From Acidimicrobiales bacterium (GTDB lineage: Bacteria > Actinomycetota > Acidimicrobiia > Acidimicrobiales > CADCSY01), in assembly GCA_050742255.1 (NCBI GenBank), contig JBOGHU010000024.1, positions 1-47,167 on the forward strand: 47,167 nucleotides of DNA, read 5' to 3'. Position 1 is the first letter of the stretch, and each line of letters starts with the position of its first letter. This document shows positions 8,611 to 18,011 of the stretch, in pieces. Position numbers and translations under genes: made by a program. Under the pieces are notes generated by a model. That model was given only the letters and a program-made list of their open reading frames with translations, did no database searches and was not told the origin of the DNA.

Positions 8611-9360
8611 GTGGTCGCCGTGCCCGAGGTGTCGCTCCAGCTGGAGCCCGGCGCGGTCACGACGCTCGTGGGCCCCAACGGCTCGGGCAAGAGCACGGTG
8701 CTCAACGCTCTGGCCCGTCTGGTCAAGCCCGACGGCGGCGCCGTCTACCTCGACGGTCGGGACATCGCCCGGCTCCCGACCAAGGAGGTGGCCAGGAGGC
8801 TGGCCCTCCTGCCTCAGGGCCTCTCCGCCCCGGGCGGCGTGAGCGTCCGCGAGCTCGTCGGCTACGGCCGTTACCCCCACCAGGGCCTTCTCGGGACGAC
8901 CACGGCAGAGGACGCTGACGCGGTGGCTTGGGCCATCTCGGCCACGGGCACCACGCCGTTGGCCGACCGAGCCGTCGACAGCCTCTCCGGCGGTGAGCGG
9001 CAGCGGGCATGGATGGCGATGGCGCTGGCCCAGCGGGCCGGTGTGCTCCTCCTCGACGAGCCGACGACCTTCCTCGACATCCGCTACCAGGTCGAGGTGC
9101 TGGGGCTGGTCCGCCGGCTGGTCGACGAGGAGGGCATCACGGTCGGGATGGTGCTGCACGACCTCAACCAGGCGGCTTCCGTCTCCGACCGCATGGCGTT
9201 CCTGTCCGCCGGCCGCATGGTCACGGTGGGACCACCAGGTGAGGTGATGACCACCGAGACCATCAGCGCCGTGTTCGAGGTCGAGGTCACCGTCCTGACC
9301 GATCCCGCCACGGGGCTCCCGACCTGTCTGCCCTACGGACGCCCCGCCCTCCTGCGGTGA
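8611..9360 (+). CDS. Iron-siderophore ABC transporter ATP-binding protein (FepC/FecE/FhuC-like)
   Basis: ORF 8611..9360. Walker A GPNGSGKST, signature LSGGERQR, Walker B LLLDEPTTFLD. The conserved N-terminal strand (LQVRYGY) is encoded upstream of the GTG at 8611, in a frame with no canonical start, so the real 5-prime end is unresolved (see findings). Confidence 0.8.
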   Translation: MVAVPEVSLQLEPGAVTTLVGPNGSGKSTVLNALARLVKPDGGAVYLDGRDIARLPTKEVARRLALLPQGLSAPGGVSVRELVGYGRYPHQGLLGTTTAEDADAVAWAISATGTTPLADRAVDSLSGGERQRAWMAMALAQRAGVLLLDEPTTFLDIRYQVEVLGLVRRLVDEEGITVGMVLHDLNQAASVSDRMAFLSAGRMVTVGPPGEVMTTETISAVFEVEVTVLTDPATGLPTCLPYGRPALLR

Positions 9361-9401
9361 CCGGCTCAAGCCCCCCAACCGAACGAAAGGACCTCACGCC
9401 C

Positions 9402-10385
9402 ATGCGCATGTCCACCGCCGCCCTGATCGCGTCGCTCGTCCTGCTAGCGTCCGGCTGCGGCAGCACCGATGATCCCACCAGCCCCACCGGAGAGGCCACC
9501 GAGGCGACCCCGGCCGGGACGATCACGGTCGACCACGCGCTCGGCACCCTCGAGCTCGACGAGGTGCCGGAGAGGGTCGTCGCGCTGGAGCTCGTCTACG
9601 CCGAGGACCTGGTCGCCCTCGGCGTCGACCCCGTCGGCGTGGCCGACGTGGAGAGCTACCGCCAGTTCGTCGGCGACCCGGAGCTGCCCCCAGGAGTGAC
9701 CGACGTCGGCACCCGCCAGGAGCCCAGCCTCGAGGCCATCGCCAGCCTCGAGCCCGATCTGATCATCGGGCCGCAGTTCCGCCACGAGCCAATCTACGAC
9801 CAGCTGTCCGCCATCGCCCCGACCCTGCTCTTCGACCCCTACCCCGAGGGCTCCGGGGCCATCGGCCAGCTGGAGGAGATGGAGCAGACCTTCCGTCAGA
9901 TCGCGACCGCCGTCGGCGCCTCGGAGAGGGCCGAGGCCGTGCTGGCGGACATGGAGGAGGCCTTCGACGAGGCGGGGTCCCGCCTCGTCGAGGCCGGGCT
10001 GGCCACCCAGGAGTTCGTGGTGGCCCAGGGCTTCACCGCCCAAGAGGTGCCGACGCTGCGGGTCTTCACCGACAACGCCATGGCGGTGGGGATCCTCGAG
10101 GAGATCGGGCTCGAGAACGCCTGGGGGGGCGAGCCCGACCGGTTCGGCTTCAACACGGTGGACCTCGAGGCGCTGACCGCCGCCGAACAGGCGAACCTCC
10201 TCTACTCGGTGCAGGCCGGCGACGACATCGTCGCCGAGAGCTTCGCCGGCAACCCCCTGTGGCAGGACCTCGCCTTCGTCCAGGAGGACCGCGCCTACCC
10301 CCTCGGCGCCGAGACGTGGCTGTTCGGCGGGCCCGTGTCCGCCGAGAAGCTGGTCGAGGTGGTCGCCGACGTGCTGACGGCGTAG
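9402..10385 (+). CDS. Siderophore-binding lipoprotein of an ABC importer (FhuD/FepB-like)
   Basis: Lies within ORF 9357..10385. The ATG at 9402 follows GAAAGGA. Lipobox LLASGC, and periplasmic-binding-protein type 2 features (VVALELVYAEDLVALGVDPVGVAD, EPDLIIG). Confidence 0.85.
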   Translation: MRMSTAALIASLVLLASGCGSTDDPTSPTGEATEATPAGTITVDHALGTLELDEVPERVVALELVYAEDLVALGVDPVGVADVESYRQFVGDPELPPGVTDVGTRQEPSLEAIASLEPDLIIGPQFRHEPIYDQLSAIAPTLLFDPYPEGSGAIGQLEEMEQTFRQIATAVGASERAEAVLADMEEAFDEAGSRLVEAGLATQEFVVAQGFTAQEVPTLRVFTDNAMAVGILEEIGLENAWGGEPDRFGFNTVDLEALTAAEQANLLYSVQAGDDIVAESFAGNPLWQDLAFVQEDRAYPLGAETWLFGGPVSAEKLVEVVADVLTA

Positions 10386-10395
10386 CCACCCTGCC

Positions 10396-12462
10396 GTGGC
10401 GTCGGAGCGGGCCGTCGCTCCGGGTGTCGGCCTGGCCCCCCCGCGGTGGACGCGAGGCGTGCTGGTGGTGGGCGTCGGGGTGGCGGCCCTGGTCACCGTG
10501 GTCGGGCTGCACGTCACCCAGGGGCGGGCCGACGTCGACCTGGTCGAGCTCTTGCGCGTGCTCGTGGGGGACGCCTCGGAGCGGGCTGAGGCGGTGGTCT
10601 ACGGGGCCCGGCTGCCCCGGGCCGCCGCCGGTGTCATCGCCGGGGCGGCGCTCGGCATCTCGGGGGCCCTGTGCCAGAGCGTCACCCGCAACCCCCTGGC
10701 GGCGCCCGAGACCCTGGGCGTGAACGCCGGTGCCTACCTGGCGGTGGTGGCGACCACGGTCGCCGGGGTGGGCCCGGGCGACACCTCCCAGCTGGGGGCG
10801 GCGTTCCTGGGGGGGCTGTCGGCGGCGGCGCTGGTGTACGCCGTCGCCGCCGGCGTCTCGCTCACACCGGTCCGGCTGGTGCTGGCAGGCATGGCGGTCA
10901 CCTTGGCCCTGTCGGCTCTCGCCGCCGTCCTCCTCCTGCTGTTCCAGCAGAAGACGGCCGGGCTGTTCTTCTGGGGCCAGGGCACGCTCGTGCAGACGGG
11001 CTCCTCGGACGTGGTTGCGGCCTGGCCCAGGCTGGTCGCGGCGGGCATGGCTGCCCTCCTCCTGGCCCGGGCCCTCGACGTGCTGTCGCTGGGCGACGAC
11101 CTGGCGCGCGCCCTCGGGTTGGCGGTAGCCCGCGTACGACTGGGCGCCCTCGCCCTGGCCGTGTTCCTCTCCGCCACCGCGGTGACGCTCACCGGGCCTA
11201 TCGCCTTCGTCGGCCTGGTGGCGCCCCATCTCGTCCGTCTGTCCGGCGTGACCCGTCACCGCCTGCTCCTGCCCGGCGCGGCGGTCTGGGGCGGGGTGCT
11301 CCTGATCGGCGCCGACGCCGTGGCGCGCGGTGTCCGGAACACCTCGCTCAGCAGCGAGCTGCCCGCCGGCGTGGTCACGGCCCTGGTGGGGGCGCCGTTC
11401 TTCGTCTGGCTGGCCCGGCGGGCCGGCGACACCCCCCCTGAGGCGCCGTCGTCTCCGGTGCGGACGGCCAGGACCGGCGGTGGGCGAGGGTACGTGACGG
11501 CGCTGGTCGGTGCCGGCGCTGCTCTGGCCGCAGCCGGGACGGCCGGCCTGGTCCTCGGGGACGTGAGGGTCCCTCTGGGCGAGCTCACCGCCGTCCTGGG
11601 CGGCCACGGCTCACCGCTCGGGACCCAGGTGCTCCTCCAGCTGCGCCTGCCCCGGGTCCTCGTCGCCGCCCTGGCCGGCGCCTCGCTGGCCGTCAGCGGG
11701 ACCCTGTTGCAGGCGGTGACCCGGAACCCACTGGTCGCCCCCTCCGTCGTCGGCATCAGCGGGGGTGCCGGCCTCGGTGCCCTCGCTGTGCTCCTCGTCC
11801 TGCCGGGTGTCCCGGTCGGCCTCCTGCCAGTGGCGGCGTTCATCGGCGGGCTGGCCGCCTTCGGCCTCGTGTACGGCGTATCGTGGCGAGGAGGGATCGC
11901 GCCCACCAGGCTGCTGCTCGTGGGCGTCGCCGTCTCCGCCTTCTGTACCTCGGCCATCAACTACCTGGTCGTGGGCGCCGACCTCCGCCTGGCCCAGGCA
12001 CTGACCTGGCTCTCGGGCAGCACTTACGCCCGCAGCTGGTCCGACCTGGCGGCGCTGCTGGCCTGGCCGGCCCTGCTCCTGCCCCTGGCCTGGCTCGGTG
12101 GCCGCCAGCTCGACGTCCTCGCCCTCGGCGAGCGCCTGCCCCGCACGCTCGGGATGCGCCTCGAGCAGGTGCGGGCCGCCCTGCTGGCCCTGGCGGTGCT
12201 GCTGGCCTCGGCTGCCGCCTCGGTCGTCGGCACCATCAGCTTCGTCGGGCTGGTCGCGCCCCACGCCACCCGCCTGCTGGTCGGCGGCCGCAACCGCAGG
12301 GTGATCCCCCTCGCCGCGCTGCTGGGTGCCACCCTCGTCGTCCTCGCCGACGTGATCGGCCGCGTCGTGCTGGCGCCCAAGGAGGTGCCCTCAGGCCAGG
12401 TCACGGCACTGATAGGGGCCCCGTACTTCGTCTGGCTGCGGAGCCGACGTCGGGCGGCGTAG
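10396..12462 (+). CDS. Fused double FecCD-domain siderophore ABC permease (FhuB-like)
   Basis: ORF 10396..12462 (688 aa, GTG start). Two tandem permease halves, each containing RNPLA/VAP..G and GxIxFVGLVAPH motifs. Confidence 0.85.
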   Translation: MASERAVAPGVGLAPPRWTRGVLVVGVGVAALVTVVGLHVTQGRADVDLVELLRVLVGDASERAEAVVYGARLPRAAAGVIAGAALGISGALCQSVTRNPLAAPETLGVNAGAYLAVVATTVAGVGPGDTSQLGAAFLGGLSAAALVYAVAAGVSLTPVRLVLAGMAVTLALSALAAVLLLLFQQKTAGLFFWGQGTLVQTGSSDVVAAWPRLVAAGMAALLLARALDVLSLGDDLARALGLAVARVRLGALALAVFLSATAVTLTGPIAFVGLVAPHLVRLSGVTRHRLLLPGAAVWGGVLLIGADAVARGVRNTSLSSELPAGVVTALVGAPFFVWLARRAGDTPPEAPSSPVRTARTGGGRGYVTALVGAGAALAAAGTAGLVLGDVRVPLGELTAVLGGHGSPLGTQVLLQLRLPRVLVAALAGASLAVSGTLLQAVTRNPLVAPSVVGISGGAGLGALAVLLVLPGVPVGLLPVAAFIGGLAAFGLVYGVSWRGGIAPTRLLLVGVAVSAFCTSAINYLVVGADLRLAQALTWLSGSTYARSWSDLAALLAWPALLLPLAWLGGRQLDVLALGERLPRTLGMRLEQVRAALLALAVLLASAAASVVGTISFVGLVAPHATRLLVGGRNRRVIPLAALLGATLVVLADVIGRVVLAPKEVPSGQVTALIGAPYFVWLRSRRRAA

Positions 12463-12468
12463 GCGCCT

Positions 12469-14318
12469 TCAGCCGAAGGCGACGAGCGGGTTGGTCACGG
12501 TGCCGTTGGGCTGCAGGGCGTGCCGCCGGGCCCGGTCGGTGTAGCGGATCACAACCAGGCGGTCCCGGTTCAGGGCGTAGCGAGGGAGCTCGGGCGCCAG
12601 CAGGTCGTACTCCCGGAACCGACGAGCCAGCCCGGGCCACCGGTCGTGGTAGGCCACCACCGTCTCCCTCACCAGGTGCCAGAACCGCCGCTCTGGCACA
12701 CCGAGCTGCTCCTCGAGCAGCGGCGCCAGGTACCGGAAGTGGCCGACGAAGACCTGGTCGACGACGTGTTGGCGGATCACCGACGGGTGCTTGCGGGGGA
12801 GCACGTGGTCGTGGGCGTCAGGCTCGGGCCCGCGCTCGGGCACGTCGCCGTGGGACACGCACACGTCGTCGATGAGGTCCTTCATGAACAGCCGACGTGG
12901 CGCCTCGTCGGCATCGAAGCCGATCAGGGTGTTCTGGCCGTGAGGGTTGAAGGTGATGCCGTAGTTGTAGAGGACGTGCATCAACGGGTCGAGAACGACC
13001 CCGAAGAGCCGGCGCAGCCACGTGTCCGGGTCGCTCCCCGACGCTCGTATGAGCTCCGCCACATAGGCCCTCCCGTCGCCGTCGACGTGCAGCAGGGAGG
13101 CGAACGTGCGGGCGCGCTCACCTCGGTCGAGGTACGAGGACACCGACTGGCGCCAGATGCAGCCCAGCGTCTCCAGGTGCTGGTAGGGGACGTCCGGAAC
13201 GCACGACAGGTGCGGGTGGCGGACCGTCACCGACGCCACCTCGCCGAGCAGCACCAGGCCACAGTCGTCGCGCAGCACCGGATCACGCCCGAGCAGGCCC
13301 TGCAGCCACTGGGTGACCATGGGCGCGCCGAGGCTGCAGTGCGGGGGTATCCCGCGCCACACCAGGGTGTTGAGGATGCGCAGCGGGAGCTTGACGTCGT
13401 GGCGCCGGCAGGTGTGACGTTGGTCAGCGTCCGGATCGACTGCTGCGGCAGGTACTCGTCGGGGCTCTCCCCCAGCGCCAGGATGCGCCGCTGCGCCACC
13501 TCTCCGGCGAACAGGATCTGGATGGCGTGGTCCCACTGCCAGGGGTGGACGGGCACCCACACGTAGGCGTCGGGGTCGAGACCGACCTCACGGTGCCGGG
13601 CGCGGAAGGCGGCGATGGTCCCCTCGTCGAGCTCGTGCTCCAGCAGCGACCGCTCGCTGCGGTCGGGAGTGGCCCGGAACTCAGCCAGTCCCCGGTGCAC
13701 GGCGATCCACCAGGGCCGCAACCGTGCGCCGGCCTCAGGGGCGTAGCGGCCGCTGTCGCTGGCGGAGAACCCCAGCCGTCCCTTGTTGGCTACCAGCCAG
13801 TTGTGCCCGGTCATGTGGCACTCCAGCTCGGCGTGTCCCCCCTGGCGCAGCTCTGCCGCGCTGGCGCCGCCGGCTTCCAGCCGTAGGGCGTCGGCGGCGA
13901 GGGTGGCCGACACCTCGTGGACGTAGGTGGCCAGCGTGGCGGGGTCGGTGCCGATGGTCGTACCGGCGTCGACGAGGAAGGCGAGGGCGTCCCACACCGG
14001 AGCCTCGACTCCGTCGCCGAGCAGCCCCGCCGCTCCCCGCGTGATCGAGCCGGGCCTGACCTGCCAGGACCCGAACGCCCCCCGCCGGGCCTCGAAGGCG
14101 TAGCTCACGCCGCTGTCCAGGTCGATCCGGTAGCGGTCGCCGCCCAGCGGCACCGGCTCCAGCATCCCCTCGAAGCTCCACTCCGACAGCGCCCTTGCCA
14201 GCAGCTGCCGGCCGGCCTCCCGCCACGCCTGCGCTCTCGAGGCGGTGACCGCAAGAGCAGCGGGGGGCGGGGCCGCGGGGCCGAGGGTCCGGACGGGCAG
14301 GGCCGAGGCAGGGCTCAT
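12469..14318 (-). pseudogene. IucA/IucC-family NIS siderophore synthetase (IucC/RhbF position), frame-disrupted
   Basis: The N-terminal 300 aa come from ORF 13227..14318 up to QQSIRTLTNVTP. The rest (HDVKLPLRILNT ... NPLVAFG) comes from ORF 12469..13560 in another frame. The junction lies between 13393 and 13418. The combined length of about 616 aa is typical of the family. AGGAAGGA precedes the ATG at 14318. Confidence 0.8.
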
Positions 14319-14359
14319 CGGGTCCTTCCTGAGGGGGGCGTGGAGGCGGTCACCGCGGC

Positions 14360-15661
14360 CTACAGGCCGCCGAAGGACTGGAACGCCGTCCGCTTGGGGA
14401 GCCGGAAGACCTCCCGACCAGCCACGGCGTTGAGGATCGTGGCGCTGCGATAGGCGCCGATGCCGAGGTCGGGAGAAGCTGCGCCGTGGGTGTGGAGCTC
14501 GGCGTTCTGGACGTACATCCCCCCGGTCACCTCCGGGGCGGTGCGAACGCGGTGGTCGACGCTGACGTCGTAGCGGCCCTTAGGGTCCCAGGCCACCAGG
14601 TGCCCGACCGGTGCCAGCAGGGATGGCGGCTCGGGCACGTACCCGGTGGCGGCCACCACCGCGTCGGCCTCGACGTTCACCTCCCGACCGGTGTCCCGGT
14701 GCCGGCCGGTGAGGCGGACCCCTCCGCCGGCGGGCTCCGCCGCAACGAGCTCGGCACCGGCCAGCAGTCGCACCGGTGGGCGGTGGCCGTCGAGCATGTG
14801 CTCGTACAGCTCGGCGTGGACCAGGTCGAGCGTCTCGGTGGAGATTCCCTTGTAGAGCTGCCACTGCGCCGACACCAGCTCGTCGCGCCTCGCCGGTTCG
14901 AGTCCGTGGAAGTAGCGCATGTACTCCGGCGTCGTCTGTTCGAGGACCAGCTTGGAGTAGTCGAGCGGGGCGAACGACGGCGTGCGGGTGAGCCAGGTGA
15001 GGCTCCAGCCGGCGGCGCGCTGGCGGCGGAGGAGGTCGACGAAGACCTCGGCGCCCGACTGCCCCGAGCCGACGACCGCCACGTGCCGGGCGCGCTGGTC
15101 GGCCAGTCGCTCGACGTTGCCCAGGTACTGGGCGGAGTGGAAGACCGGGGGGCCGGCCAACGGACGCAGCACGGTCGGCAGGTGGGGGCGGGTGCCAACG
15201 CCGAGCACGACGTTGCGGGCGGCCTGCCGGCGCCCCGTCCCGGTGGACACGTCCCGCAGCACCAGCACCCACACGTGGCGGCGGGCGTCCCAGTGCAGCT
15301 CCTCGACACAGGTCCCGAACCGGCAGGGGTCGAGTGAGGCCGCCACCCAGGCGCAGTAGCCGGCGTACTCCCGGCGGGGGATGTGGAAGCGCTCGGCGAT
15401 GTAGATGGGGTACATCCGGTCGTGGTCGACCAGGTACGACATGAACGACCAGCGGTTGGTGGGACTGACCAGGGATACCAGGTCGGCGAGGAAGCTCACC
15501 CTGGAGCGTGGCCCAGTCGAGCAGCAGGCCGGGGTGCCAGGAGAAGGCCGGCCGCCGGTCGTAGGCCTCGACCGCCAGGTCGGGCGCCTCGTCGGCCAGC
15601 GCGCACAGGCCCAGGTTGAAGGGCCCGATGCCGACCCCGGCGACGTCGAGGTCTCACTCAC
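14360..15661 (-). pseudogene. Diamine/lysine N-hydroxylating flavin monooxygenase (IucD/RhbE/DesB-like), frame-disrupted at the 5-prime end
   Basis: ORF 14360..15661 carries the family body (VSFLADLVSLVSPTNRWSFMSYL, NADPH motif VVGSGQSGAE). The FAD motif (DLDVAGVGIGPFNLGL...FSWHPGLLLDWATLQ) is encoded at 15653..15503 in a different frame, and that frame begins right after a TGA. The junction is at the CCC run 15499-15501. Confidence 0.8.
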
Positions 15662-16247
15662 CCCGAGGCCTCCACCGCGTCGGCGCGCTCCGCCACCATG
15701 AGGGCCGCGGTCTTGCCCCCGAGAGCGACGTCGCCCACTCGGGCGAAGCCGGCACGGGCAAAGGCGCGGATCGACGCCAGGTTGGCCACGTCAGGCTCGG
15801 CGACGAGCCGCGAGCAACGCCGGTCGGCGGCGAACAGGGCTCGGCGTACGGCGGAGAGCTGGGCCGTTCCCAGCCCCCGTCCCGTCCGGGCAGCGTCGCC
15901 GATCAGCAGGTGGATCCCGATGTCGTGCGGACGGGCCTCGTAGGCCCGAGCCAGCGGGTCGTGGGCGGCGCGGTACAGCTCCCAGTAGGAGATGGGTTCG
16001 CCGTCGAGCAGGCCCAGGCAGGGGCGGGAGACCCCGCCCGACAGCTGGTCACGGAGGTACCGGCCCATTCGGGGGCGCGACCACTCCTGGCGCCAGAACG
16101 CCGCCACGTGAGGCCGGTGCATCCACCGGTGCACCAGGTCGAGCTCGGCCGGGTCGTCGGCGTCGACGGCGCGCAGCCAGAACAGCCCGAACGGGGTTCG
16201 CCACGCCAGCGCCGCCGGGGGGGTCCGGGGTCGAGGTACGACGTCAC
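15658..16247 (-). pseudogene. Siderophore N-acetyltransferase (IucB/RhbD/DesC-like GNAT), frame-disrupted
   Basis: ORF 15658..16134 carries HRWMHRPHVAAFW and the GNAT core. The conserved upstream segment (FGLFWLRAVDADDPAELDLV) is in frame with it but has no start codon. The only start is GTG 16247 (MTSYLDPGPP) in another frame. The junction is at the 7-nt G run 16217-16223. Confidence 0.75.
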
Positions 16248-18011
16248 CTAGCCGTCCCCCGGAGGGGGTTGGGCACGTCGAGGTAGACCGACTGGGCGTC
16301 GACGGGGGGCGAGCACCTCGTCGATCCCAGCCATGCGGGTGAGGAAGTTGGCCTTGCAGGGAAGCGTGTCCGCCTCGAGCCAGCGGGCCACCAGGCCCGT
16401 GGGGGTATCTCCGCCTCGGGCCACCAGGGCTGCCAGCCGGTCACCCACGGCCTGCAGCAACCGGTCCTCCTCCGCCAGCCCTTCGGCACCGAGCGCGCCG
16501 ACCACCCCGAGGACGTTGTTGAACAGCAGGTAGTACGTCAGCGGGTCGTCCACCATCTCCTCGGGTGCGACGGCGAGGGATGTCTCGGCCGCTCCGCCGA
16601 GGTGGTCGAGCACCCCCGGCAGGCCCCAAGCGGCCAGGTAGAAGCCCTGGTTGTCGCGGAACCAACCCGTCGCCGGCCACCCGTCCCGGTCGAACCGAAC
16701 CAGGGTGTTCTGCTGGTGAGCCTCCAACCCGATGCCCGTGGTGGCGTAGAGGTGGACCATCGGAGCCAGCACCCCGTCGACGTGGCGCCGGGTCCACTCC
16801 ACGGCGACGTCGCGGGCGGCCACTCCCGTCCGTGCCGCCAGAGCCCGCACCTCATGGGCCAGCCGGGACGGACCGATGCCGGGCCGGGGGGCGACCAGCC
16901 CGGCCAGGCACACTGCCTCGACTAGCCCCTCGGCCACCTCGCGCACGGAGAGGTCCAGGTGGGTGGGAGCGTGGCCGTCGGCATCGTCGGGGGTGTGGAC
17001 CGCCAGCCACGCCGGGTCGCGCACGATCCGAAAGCCCGGGTAGGCCGCCATGGTGGCGTCGGCCAGCCCGGCGTCCAGCAGCCTGTGCACCTCAGTGCCC
17101 CGACGCAGCTCGGCCCGGGTGTGCTCCCGGCGCGAGTTGGTCAACCGCAGGCCGAGCGACAGCTTGAGCATCACCGCCGCGCCCGGTCGGTACACGGTGC
17201 GCAGCGAGGAGGTCGGGAACCAGCGCGGCCCCCACCGGGCCCAGGTGCTCCACCAGCCTGCGATCGAGGAGGCGACGCAGCGCCGGTCGGGCGAGCAGGT
17301 CGCGCCCCTGCCAGGGGTGGGCGGGCACGAGCACCCGACCCGGGGGGCCCTCGATCCCCGACAGCCCGCAGAGCAGCGCACGGACATCCTGGCCACCGAG
17401 CGCACGGTTGCCCTCCACGGTGTCGCTGGCCACCACCCCCGGATCGGCGGCGAACCAGTCCAGCTGGAAGGCGCCCCGCAGCTCGGGGCTCCACGCCGCC
17501 GCCTCGTTCTCGGAGATCCCGTCCCGGCTCTTCGGTGCCGGGTGGATGAGGTGGCCGAGCAACAGCGCCTGCTCTGCCTGGAGAAAGGCGTCGGCCCCGG
17601 GGGCCGGTCCCGGCTCGGCCTGCCTGGCGGCGAGGAACGTGGCCACCCGACGCATGCTCTCCGCCGCCCGCTCCACCAGGTCGGCACCGGCCCCAACCCT
17701 CCGGCGAAGCCCTCCTGCTGCCTCCCGGACCAGGAGCGCGGTCAGGGTCACCGCGTCGAGGGGCGCACCGGGCAGGCCATCGGCGCTCGACAGCTGGGGG
17801 GCCCGAAGTGGTGCACACCGGCGGCTGAGCGGTGCAGGACCTCGGTGACGACGGTCACGCCGAGGGTGCCGAGCGGGATCCGCGGCCGCTGTCCCGGCGG
17901 CGGGGGGGTCAGGCCGGTCTCCCGGGTCCAGCAGCGCAGGAGGCCGTCGGTGGCGGCGGCGTCGGCCAGGGCTTCGGCGTCGGTGGCGGCGGGGGCGGCG
18001 CCGGCCGTCAC
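16244..18011 (-). pseudogene. IucA/IucC-family NIS siderophore synthetase (IucA/RhbC position), with at least three frame disruptions
   Basis: Family-like sequence is spread over four ORFs: 17748..18011 (N-terminus), 17092..18027 (middle, HPAPKSR, PAHPWQ), 16248..17696 (SSLRTV..KLSLGLRLTNSRRE..EAHQQN) and 16244..16489 (C-terminal YLDVPNPL). Junctions are at G/C runs 17796-17801, 17229-17233 and 16304-16309. Confidence 0.8.
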
